DNA from: Vairimorpha necatrix
Lineage: Eukaryota
Reading direction: 5' to 3'
Assembly: GCA_036630325.1 (NCBI GenBank)
Contig: CP142735.1
Span: forward strand, 1 to 64,000
DNA length: 64,000 nt
The notes below the pieces were generated by a model. The model saw nothing but the letters and a program-made list of their open reading frames with translations. It searched no databases and was not told the DNA's origin. Positions within the stretch are counted from its first letter, which is position 1; the number at the start of each line of letters is the position of its first letter. Of the stretch, positions 39,601-50,351 are shown piece by piece. The position numbers and the translations under genes were made by a program.

Positions 39601-42600
39601 ATTTTAAATATCTGATAATTATAAGACAAAGAACGAAATTTTTTACTTTATAAGAGGAATTTTTAAGTTTAGTCTTTTAACAAAAAAATATTTCGTTTTT
39701 TTGCTAAATAATAAAAATTTTTATTTTTTTATTTAAATATGTGTAAATGAATTATTATATATTCTAAAAATTTAATTTCTTAAGAATACTTTTAAATTTT
39801 TGAGACTGACGATATATAAAAAAAATTAGGTGTTTTCGTTTCCAAGATTCTTATTTGTTTCGAAGTATTACCACATTGTTAATATTTAATATATCCAATT
39901 CTAACTTTTAGACTTTTCTTTTATTTTTTTGTAAATAATCTTGAAAACGTCCAGGTGAAATATTATATAGTATTATTATTGAAAAATATTTATCTTGTAT
40001 TAACATGTCATAAGTAAGTTTTTAAATTAAAATTAAGCTAGTGATAAACATGTTTATTTTATTTTATTACTCTTTATATTAATTAAAATTATTTTCTGCT
40101 TAAATATATTAATTTTGAAATATATATTCAGTTTGCGTGTAACTATGCTATACAAGATTTTTTAATAAATATAGCATTTCATAATATATAATTTTTGCAT
40201 TGTTATTAACTGTATTGGATTTATATGCATTTTTATCCCCCCCCATTTTTGGTTTTATTTTTTTGAGATATGCGACGCCTTTTTCAAAATCTCGAAAACG
40301 TTTTATTCAAAATAACCTTGTATTAAATTGTATGTGTTATTGTTTTTATTTAATTGTTCATAATTGAAAATTTACTTATTATTTCTTATTATATTATAAT
40401 ATGGAAAATATATTTAAGTAGGTTTTCCCTAGGATTTTTTAAAATCAATAACATAAATGTTGCTTCTTAGTTTATTCTTTTTGCCGTTACTGAACGATTT
40501 TACAATGAATATGTCTTATTTTATATTGTTAATTTAATATAATTTTTTTCAATTCTACTAATTATACATTAAATAAGAGATTTTCTTAATGAATATATAA
40601 TTTTACGATAATTTTTTATTAAATTTATTTTTTTTTCTTTCGTAAATGAACTCTTTTTATAATATTTCGATCTTCATGCTTAAATTTTGTTCTATTATTA
40701 TATATAAATATTATACTTAACGGATTTAGAAAGTATTATATATAACAAAAGAGCGATTATCAAATATTTAACCGAGAGATTTTTGAATTGATTTGTTCTT
40801 ATTTATTTGAAATTATTAATAAAATAATATATTTTTATAAATATGATAAAAGTATTGATGATTTTACTTTTTAGAATTTTTTGGTCATAATTTCAAATTT
40901 TGTGTGGTCAATATGATTGTAAACAACAAATTAATATTTGTGACAATTGTTTTTTACCAACTTCGATTTCAAAAGTCTACAATGTTTTATAATTGAAACT
41001 TCTTTAGAATTCTATAAACCAAAAAAATGTAATATACGAGGTCAATCTTAATTCGTTTAAAATTTTTATATAATATTTGTTTTCGTTTTTTTACCATTAG
41101 TAATTATTATACTTAATAACGTGTACATATTAGTCATATATAAATATAATATAGTTGATTTTTTAGTATAATTTTCCTTTACAAAATCGTCTTATATGTT
41201 CTAGATAATTAAAAAACTTCATTGCTTGTGTTAATTGTATTTAAATTATACTATATGCAATATTGGGATTTATTTTTGTTTATCTTGGCGTAGATTTTAA
41301 TATAAAAAAAATCGTATTTCATCTAATATCTTGATCGTATATCTTTATCTTGAATTCTTATGTATTTATCTTGCAAAGCAATATGTATAAATCATATGTA
41401 TATATTTTCTTTATAATCCCTTTACTATCTAGTTATAATAGTTGAATATTATTTTTAAAACTTCAAAAACAGTCATATTTTTGATCGTAAAATTAATGCC
41501 GTTTTTTTGCTTTCGTACTTTTCCCATTTAAAAAGGGAAAAATCAATTTAAATTATCTTGTTATTACCTACGTTGTAAATTTAGATAGATTGTAAAGTTC
41601 GTTTTAAATTTTGAAAGATATTTTTTCTTTCAGCCAATATGCTCGTTCTTATTTTTCCTTTTTTCTCTGTTCTTCATAGATAAAAACTTTGCTACTTTTA
41701 AGTTAAAAACCTAAAAATATTTTGCTATTAATAACTTTATGATTGTGTACTTGCTTCATAGTTATTCCGCCCTTCATATACAAAATTCTTTTTTAAATTT
41801 TTTCTTTTATTGTAATAATTTTTAGCCACGTAAGTTAAAGGTTAATTATTTTGCATGGATAATCATATTGTAAATTTTTTATTTTTTGTTGTATTATTGA
41901 TATGTTGGAACGTTGTTGGTGAATACTTGACAAAGTAAACTTCGACAACTGTCCTTAAGATGTAATCGTTACTACACACTTCCATGAAACCTTTGTATTT
42001 AGTTTATCAAGTTTTGGTTTTTTAACATTTATTTAAATACTTTAATGCATATACCTAAATTATTTTAGATAGATTTATAATCTTATTATTTGTATATAAA
42101 TATGTCCTAATTTATTGAACAAATATATTGTTATACTAAATTATATGTCTTAAATAGTTGATATATAGTATCAGACATTTCTTGTAATTAAATCACTCAA
42201 TGATGGTGTTTAAATTTGTTTTTGAAAGAATCCAATTTACTTGTTTGAAAAATATGTTTTTATCTTGAAAAAAGAAATAAATATATCGTTTAATTAACGT
42301 ATTTGTCCAAAGCCGAATTAATATGTTTAACTTTACTTCAATTTTTTATTTTTATGTCGATTCTGCACATAATGCGTTTCATAATTATTTTATATACAGC
42401 AAATTATATACTTACGTACTCATACGAAAAGACAAATAAATCTTAATTTCATAAAATATTAATTATACAGATACATACGTTGGCAACCTCTAAAAAAAAA
42501 TGTACTAAATTGTGCAAGAAATAATTTTCGAAATAACAATATTAATATTTATTCAGATGTGACAGGCAGCAGACCTGCACTGGCAATACTTGCTTATAAT

Positions 42601-43167
42601 CAAACAATGATTATTGGTACTGTCAAACATCACCAAGTATTGTAAACAAACTTTAGACATGTTTGACATTCACAAACTAGAAGTAAGAAAAGTGCATGTC
42701 ACATGAAGTACTACTAATTTAGTAGAACTTCGGTTTCTTGTTTGTTTGTTTACATCTCAAAGAGTTTGACAGTTAATCTAATTAACTATTTAAACGGAAT
42801 TAACCCCCGATTCACAATTCCGATGAGCAGAAAACAAGAAAATAATATAAATCAATATGTTAGTTTAGACTCACCACTTCAACTTCGGATCAGGATTCAT
42901 TCCAGATATAAGATGTGTAGATACTCCATAAAGAAAACAAAATTATTAATTTGTCATATATTTATTTCTTGTTTATTTGATTAAATTATATCTAAATATG
43001 AAAAATATAGTTTATTTCAAAAAATAACATAATAAATTCCATTGTTATAATATATTTAAACAATCTTTACAAATGAATACAACGTAATTACTATTATGTT
43101 TTCTATTATAAAAAATTACATATTTGCGAATATGCTAACGCAGTTTTATATTTCTAGTATATTCTGA

Positions 43168-43330
43168 ATAGGTTCCGCTTTAGCGTCTCCTATTTGTGGG
43201 CAGCTTCTCGGTTCTTAGTCCTTTTCAAATCGGAACCTTCACATCTCTTCGGTAGTCTATTGTTATGATTTCGTTTGTCTTCTCTGTTAATCATCTTGAT
43301 GTACGCTTCTACTTTCTTATTGTATTTGAT
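43168..43330 (-). mobile_element. 3' fragment of RLE-type non-LTR retrotransposon (family B), paralog of 15448-15615
   Basis: ggttccgctttagcgtctcc and gatgtacgcttct. Confidence 0.65.
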
Positions 43331-45549
43331 AGTTTAACCTATTTTTTATTTTATATAACACAAAAATATTAGTATTAATATTATATTATATTTAGATTCA
43401 AATGTATATATATATCTTCTTTATTATACTCTATAAACTATTTTATTTAAATTTTTAATATATCATTTTTGTTTAATCATAATATGTTTAAAATATTTTT
43501 TTAAAATGTTTTCCACAACTAAAGATAATTTCAGATCCCAAAATATATGATTTAAAATATTACAAAAAGATTGGTCTATTAAATATAATTGACTAGATTA
43601 ATATAAACCTAGCATCAATAATGGATATTAGAATTCTACAAGGCTTGATCTGATGATTAAATCCTTTATTATTATTTATTGTATTATAATCCTTTGTTTT
43701 AATAATCTTTATCTCTAAAAAAAGTAAAATTTATTACAAACAACCAAATTGCTACACACTTTTTTTACATGGCCAACATGTATTTTCTAATTATATTTTT
43801 ATTTATACTAAACTTTAGATTTTTACTGATATATATAAAATAAACATTCTTATTTATTTATAGAATTTTATATCGTATATACGTTTTTATGATATATTTT
43901 TTTATTAAACTCATTAAATTATTTATTATGATAGAATGACGTTCTTTAATTTGGTATTTATATAATGTTCTAATTATTTATAACTTTACATTTGAAATAT
44001 TTGTACTACTGATTCATCTTAATTAATAACATAAATAGTTTATATGATAATATAGTATCTATTTATTTCTAATATATTATCTAAACTTGAATGTTAACTA
44101 ATAAAGACTTTCAAAGCTGATATTAAACTTTGTCTGAATCAGTGTCAATATATACTTTATATGACAGATATGTAATTAAATCAATTACCGTATGCACAAA
44201 CTTTCAAATTTTATTATATGTTAAAATTCTTATCTAATAATTTCGCTTTCGATTGTATTGAATTTTTCGTAAAGATAATGATCCTTAATTAGATAATATT
44301 TCTAGACATTCTCTTCTTTTCTCATAATATTACTCTCTTCCTAATTTTTATTTTTTTCCATGTAAGAAAAGAGAGAACCATAACATAGAATTTTGTTAAC
44401 AATAAATTTAACCTCATACGTTTAGTGTAGTAGTTTATTAAAAAATACCAATTTGAATTCTTATACAAACTACAGAAAGTACATATTGTATAATTTTTTC
44501 GTTTCAGAACATATGTTTTTGTCTATCTTTATATTACATCGTCAAGATTCACTGCTAATGAGAAACTAAGCTTTAAATAAATTCTAAATTGCAAAATAAT
44601 GTACATAATTAATTTACACGAATGTCACTTATTATTACATGAATCTTTTACGCGACTTCTAACATTACTAAAATTCGATCCTGCTTTCTACGAACTTCTT
44701 TGACCACCAGTTATTCGAATTTTGTCAAATGAAGATATAGAATCGTATAAAAGAAAAGAAGATGCTCCTAGATAAATTCTTCTAGTCGTTAATTCACCAT
44801 TAACAAATTTCATTGAACACTGCATCAGTAATGTTTTTTTAAAAAAACTAGCCTCTTTTTGAAAACACGGTCGATGTAAACATCATTTGTATTTCTAGTT
44901 GTAAGTGAAGTTGTTCATTAATAGTAAAGTTCTATTTTTGTATTTTTTGAAGCTCATTAATAAATAAAATTTTTTAATGATTTCCAAAATAAACTTCGTC
45001 GTGCGGGGAACAAAAAGTTTTTTCAAAAAAAGTAAATTTTTATAGTCATTATCTAAAAAACTTTGTTACAATGTTTTTTTCTAGTGACTTTAATCTTAAA
45101 GAAAAAGTACTGGATATTCATTTTATATTTTATAAATATTTTCAAAATGTTCTACATATTCAGTGTCTACTACAAAAAATATAATTTTAAAATTTAATAT
45201 ATAAAGCTACTTTATACAAAATTACTTTTTATTTTTTATACAATAATCATCTCTAATTTATATAGAACATTCGTTTTCAGTTTATTAATACTCTATATGT
45301 AAATTTTTCTTATATTACACTCTTGATTATGTAATTGTATCGAAAAAGGGTTTGTTATTTCGTTTTTAACTAATATTTTTTAATTTAATCTAAATATATT
45401 GCTGATGCAAGTTTTCTATTCAAATTTATTAACTTAAAAATTTCTACATACATAGTTTTATGTCTAAAATACAAGTAGTTTTTGATTTTTAAAGAGTGTG
45501 TTAAATTTGCATCATTTTAATGCTTGTATTATATTTTTATTGTAGATAC

Positions 45550-48500
45550 TGTTGGGATAAAAACATGGGTTTATTTATTATAAAATATTTAAAGAAACAC
45601 GGTGTCAAATATATCAAAACCAGTACACTATATATTTGACACGTGTAGCACTTCCTACACTACCCCTCCTTTAAAAGTTTAACATGATTTCGACTCGCCG
45701 TAACTATTTTCCCACTGTCCAAGCAAACTTTAAATGAATGAAATTTTTGTTCTACAACTACTCCTTTTTCTTCCCATTTAGGTTCTAGTTTTCCTCTTAT
45801 AGGGAGAATTAAATAGTACCAGACTCTATCTCCTACCTTTATGGTGTCCTTATTATCAGCATTCTCTTTCCCACTCGTGTTATATTCACGTCTGTAGGCT
45901 TCTAAATTTTTAATGGCCTGTCTCTGATACTCTTCCTTTTCTTTTGAGGTCTTAATCCCTTCCTGAAGGTCCATATTATTAAGTGTCATTCCTGTGATAA
46001 GTTCTACTGGAGCGCAGCCTATAGCCCTATGGTAAGACTGCATATAGGCCTTGATCAACTTAGGAACGCATCTTGCCCAATCGAATTGCCCAAATTCCGT
46101 AATTTTCCTTAACTTAGAACCTATTGTTCTATTAAATCTCTCTACAAGCCCCGTGGTCGTAGGTTTATAGGGGGAACCATATTTCCAGATAAAGTTCTTT
46201 ACCTTTGCATATTCATCACAAATTTTATTTTTGAACTCTTTGCCATTATCAGTTAGAATGGCTTTCGGTACACCATATTTCCTGACTATATGTTTATCAA
46301 TCAAATGAACAACCGTATTCATATCCTTTGTATAAACCGGCACAACTTCTGCAATTTTTGAGAAATGGTCAATCATTGTCAATAAATACTTATATCCTTG
46401 CTCACTCTCCTTCAGAGGGCCTACCATGTCCAATTCCCAGATCTCTCCTAATTTATTAGCCACCACCGGTATAATATCCTTAAATTTTTTCTGTGGTTTT
46501 TCCTTTTGACAAACTTCACAATTTTCAATATAGTCTTCTATGTCTCTATTCATATGCTTCCATGAGTATTTTTGTCCAAGATTATACTTCATGTTCTGTT
46601 TTGATCCATGACCTAATAAATCATGATAAAACCTCATTAATGCCAATGTTCTCTCTTTTTTAATAATTTTCTTTTGTACTAAATTTATTTGATAAACCTT
46701 CTCTTCCTCCTTTTTAAATTCTCTGCTTAGGTGATCTGTATGATTCGATGGTCCTGTTATATACACAATATCAAAGTCATATTCTTGTAAAATCAACGAC
46801 CATCTAGCCAACCTGGCTTTAACATTTCTAGACTTGAACAGATATTTCAGAGCTTGATGATCAGTTTTTAATGTGAACTTGCCCAATAATAAATATTCTC
46901 TGAAGTGTTGGATGGATTTTATAACCGCCAATAGTTCTTGTTCCGTCGCGGAGTAATTCTTTTCTGTCTTCGAGTGTAAGGAGCTGTGATAAGAAACAAT
47001 CTTTTCTTCCCCTCCAATTATTTGTGCCAATGTAGCACCACATCCCTCGTTCGATGCATCTGTAGTCAAAATGAACTTATCCTTCAAATTTGGGATAGTC
47101 AACAAGGCCGTTCTCTTCATGGCCTGTTTTACCTCTTCAATATCCTTACGATATTTAGCATTTTGTTCCACATTTTTCCAAAAACAATCTGCTTCCTCAT
47201 CCTTGAGCCTGATTATGTCAAATAGTGGGCTAACCACCCTGTGACTGTTTTTTATGAATTTAGCACAATAATTATACAGTCCCAACAAAGATTGTAATTT
47301 CTTCTTACTTTTAGGAATGGGTAACTGTTGAATGCTCCTAACTCTTTCTTCGTCTACACCTATTCCCTCTTTTGATATTACATGACCTAAAATTTTTAAT
47401 TCAGTCTTTAAAAATTTGCATTTATCCTTATTAAGTTTAAGCCCTACCGACTTGAGCTTTTCTAATACCATTTGAACATCTCTCTTATGATCTTCTCTAG
47501 TTTTACTATATATGAGTATATCATCCATGTATACTACAACAAACTTAAATAAAAATTCCCTTAATATGTTATTCATCACCCGCTGAAATGTAGCTGGGCC
47601 ATTAACAAGTCCAAATGGCATTTTCATAAATTCAAATAAGCCTTCTCTACAGGCAAAAGCTGTCTTCTCAATATCACACGGCGCCATATCTATTTGGTGA
47701 TAGCCCGATTCAGCGTCTAATTTAGTAAAATACGTTGCGCCCTCTAAAGCATTGATAAACTCTTCTACGCGGGGCATTGGATAAGCGTCTCTGATGGTCG
47801 CATCATTTAATCTTCTATAATCCACGCATAACCTATGATCTCCATTCTTTTTTGGGACTATAATTATCGGACTTCGCCATGCGCTTACACTGGGTCTAAC
47901 TATTCCAAGTTTTAGATACTCTTTCACTATTTGGGATGCAATATTCTCTTTTGCTCCACCCAACTTGTATAACTGAGATAGTATCGGGTTATCATCCTTT
48001 GTAATAATTTTATGATACCCTATGGCTTTCCCCCTTGCCAAATATCCAGATTCGATTTCCATTTTGTTGTTTCCAAATTTTAAATTTATCTTATACTTAT
48101 CAAGTAACCCTTGTCCTATTATGCAGGGAATTGTGATATCCCTAGTAATAATGAATCTATCTTCAAAAATCATCCCTTCAATTTTAATATTGATTACTGT
48201 TTCCCCAATGATCTTTATTTTCGATCCATTGGCTGCCCTAAGCTGTTGTTTCGAACGATTAACAACGGTTTTCTTTGGCAAAAGCTCTGGCCTAATTAAA
48301 TTTATATCGGCTCCTGTATCGATGAGCACTTTAAAATTAACTTCTGAATCATTTAATGACGCTTTCTTTAGCGTAGTTCTATTATCCTTTAATTTGGTAA
48401 CGGAGTAATTGTAAATAAATTCCTTTGAATCTGTCTTCTTGGTTTCTCCTTCTTCTTTAACTTGACCTTTCTTAGCTTCTCTTTTATCTCTACGGAAGCT

Positions 48501-49253
48501 ATTGAATTTACACTTTGACACAATATGGCCTTTCTTTCCGCAAATAAAACAATTCATTTTAAAAGTCCTCTCGGGAGTCAAATTCTTTTTATCGTGATCC
48601 CTGAAGCTAGTCGCTTTGACATTCATATAACCTCCATGCAAAAATTCTGTATAACGTACCTCGTCCATTGCGGTAACATTCCTTAAGGCCTTATATATGC
48701 ACTCCCAAGATAATGAGTTCTTCTTGTTTATTAAAACCGCGTTTGCTAAATAATCTGGAATTCCTTTCAGTACAAAGGCAATCAATATGCCTTCTGGAAC
48801 ATTCCCTTTACGCGCCAATCCCGCCATCTTATCTAGATAGTTGGCGAGAGATCCACCATGATATTTAAGGACGGAAAGTTTATCTATACTCACTTTCATC
48901 GCCATGGGACCCACAAATCTTTCTTGGAACAAGGCTTTCAGTCTTTCAAGTGAAAGACCAATTGGCTGCGCTATTAGCCAATCCCTCGCCTCATCTTTTA
49001 ACGATATTCTGAAATGGAGTACAAGTTTACTCTCACTGTACTCCATCAGCCTCCCCACATCCTGCAAGTCCTCCAAGAACTGCTGTGGATCATCTTTCTC
49101 TTCATTTCTGAAAATGAGAAAGTTCCTGACGTTGTCGCCAAATTGTTGGGATAAAAACATGGGTTTATTTATTATAAAATATTTAAAGAAACACGGTGTC
49201 AAATATATCAAAACCAGTACACTATATATTTGACACGTGTAGCACTTCCTACA
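45550..49253 (-). mobile_element. Intact Ty3/Gypsy LTR retrotransposon, 3704 bp, identical 110-bp LTRs, TSD GATAC
   Basis: LTRs 45550-45659 and 49144-49253, GATAC at 45545-45549 and 49254-49258, PBS TGGCGACAACG ending at 49140, PPT AGGAGGGGTAG. Empty site with a single GATAC at 17815-17819. Confidence 0.98.
45660..49160 (-). CDS. gag-pol: Single-ORF Gag-Pol polyprotein (Gag, CCHC, PR, RT, RNase H, integrase)
   Basis: CFICGKKGHIVSKC, LIDTGA, YMDD, TDAS, H..LGH...CEVC, and D-D-E in WELD/LTDNG/VERFN. Start placed at the CCC-preceded ATG inside the 5' LTR (MFLSQQ). Confidence 0.95.
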   Translation of the reverse strand: MFLSQQFGDNVRNFLIFRNEEKDDPQQFLEDLQDVGRLMEYSESKLVLHFRISLKDEARDWLIAQPIGLSLERLKALFQERFVGPMAMKVSIDKLSVLKYHGGSLANYLDKMAGLARKGNVPEGILIAFVLKGIPDYLANAVLINKKNSLSWECIYKALRNVTAMDEVRYTEFLHGGYMNVKATSFRDHDKKNLTPERTFKMNCFICGKKGHIVSKCKFNSFRRDKREAKKGQVKEEGETKKTDSKEFIYNYSVTKLKDNRTTLKKASLNDSEVNFKVLIDTGADINLIRPELLPKKTVVNRSKQQLRAANGSKIKIIGETVINIKIEGMIFEDRFIITRDITIPCIIGQGLLDKYKINLKFGNNKMEIESGYLARGKAIGYHKIITKDDNPILSQLYKLGGAKENIASQIVKEYLKLGIVRPSVSAWRSPIIIVPKKNGDHRLCVDYRRLNDATIRDAYPMPRVEEFINALEGATYFTKLDAESGYHQIDMAPCDIEKTAFACREGLFEFMKMPFGLVNGPATFQRVMNNILREFLFKFVVVYMDDILIYSKTREDHKRDVQMVLEKLKSVGLKLNKDKCKFLKTELKILGHVISKEGIGVDEERVRSIQQLPIPKSKKKLQSLLGLYNYCAKFIKNSHRVVSPLFDIIRLKDEEADCFWKNVEQNAKYRKDIEEVKQAMKRTALLTIPNLKDKFILTTDASNEGCGATLAQIIGGEEKIVSYHSSLHSKTEKNYSATEQELLAVIKSIQHFREYLLLGKFTLKTDHQALKYLFKSRNVKARLARWSLILQEYDFDIVYITGPSNHTDHLSREFKKEEEKVYQINLVQKKIIKKERTLALMRFYHDLLGHGSKQNMKYNLGQKYSWKHMNRDIEDYIENCEVCQKEKPQKKFKDIIPVVANKLGEIWELDMVGPLKESEQGYKYLLTMIDHFSKIAEVVPVYTKDMNTVVHLIDKHIVRKYGVPKAILTDNGKEFKNKICDEYAKVKNFIWKYGSPYKPTTTGLVERFNRTIGSKLRKITEFGQFDWARCVPKLIKAYMQSYHRAIGCAPVELITGMTLNNMDLQEGIKTSKEKEEYQRQAIKNLEAYRREYNTSGKENADNKDTIKVGDRVWYYLILPIRGKLEPKWEEKGVVVEQKFHSFKVCLDSGKIVTASRNHVKLLKEG

Positions 49254-50351
49254 GATACTTTTTATCATTTTTAAATAAAAATTTAAAAAATAAATACTTA
49301 AAATTATTATATTTTAACATAATGTATTTTTTAACTAAGAATTTATCTTATTTTTGATTTTACACAGATACATTGAATCATGCGGCTTTACTTAATATTC
49401 CAAACTTATAACAAGTTGATTATATTAATCTGACATGAATTATACGTATTAAGCTTATTTAATAAGGTTTTCTAAGGTAATTTTCACATTTATTTCTTGT
49501 CAAGATTTTATCTACAACTGATATTTATTAAAAGATTACATCTCTATTTAAGAATCAGTAATACTTTAGCAACACGAAATTCATAAAGATTATCAAATGT
49601 GTAAACTTATGTTTTGTTATACGATAGAAGACTAGGTTAGGATTTACGGAACAAAAAAAAACAATAACAGTATTACTAATTTAGTAATGATATAATAGAA
49701 CTTTGTCCTCTACACGAGGAAATAAGCTATTGATTCATCTAAAATAAATATTGGACTGTTTCTTCAAAGAAATTTATTCTTTTATTTTGTAAATATTAAT
49801 TTCTCGCATATATATATTTTCGCCCTTAATATTATAAATGGCTTGAACATAACATCAAAATTGTTTTTGTAAGAAACGACATTTCGATAATCTTTCATCT
49901 AGGGATTTGTTTTTCTGCCAAATTAAAATTGTATACGAAATTTAGTTTTAGAAATTATAAAAAAGACGAAACGATTTAATTCGTTTCCTGCATACTTTAT
50001 ATTGTGTCAAAAATGCTATTAAAGTAAAATAATGTGTATATAAAGTCCTTTTCCTTTTTTATAGAACATAAATAAAATATGTGCATTTTTTATAAAAATT
50101 TAATTTATAACCAAATCAATCCCAGAAAGGTTCAGTTAAAATTTCGCTCTGCAATTATTAAATCCATGTATAATATCTATTGTAAACGAATAAATTTGAT
50201 TTAGTGTACAGTTTTATAACTATTTTTAGATCTGTAATCTTTTTATTTGTTTTCTTTTCTATTATATATATTGTCCTCTTCTCTATTTGAATTGTGTATG
50301 ATTTAGATAGTCTAATTATTTGCAAACAGAAAGTATATCTATCAGGGGTGT

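Noticed and set aside
7000-44000. Numerous 60-105 aa I/F/Y/L/K-rich ORFs
   Set aside because: Composition mirrors the AT-rich background, and the frames are not preserved between the two duplicated copies
45660-45860. Chromodomain or env at the end of pol
   Set aside because: The ORF ends right after the integrase C-terminal region at the PPT, leaving no room for either
46861-49233. Small ORFs overlapping gag-pol (46861, 46986, 48022, 48111, 48904)
   Set aside because: Antisense or alternate-frame shadows of the polyprotein with no recognisable motifs
49161-49268. N-terminal 36 aa of the 1202-aa ORF
   Set aside because: Starts outside the element beyond the TSD, so it is a chance extension. 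The CCC-preceded ATG at 49160 is the better start.
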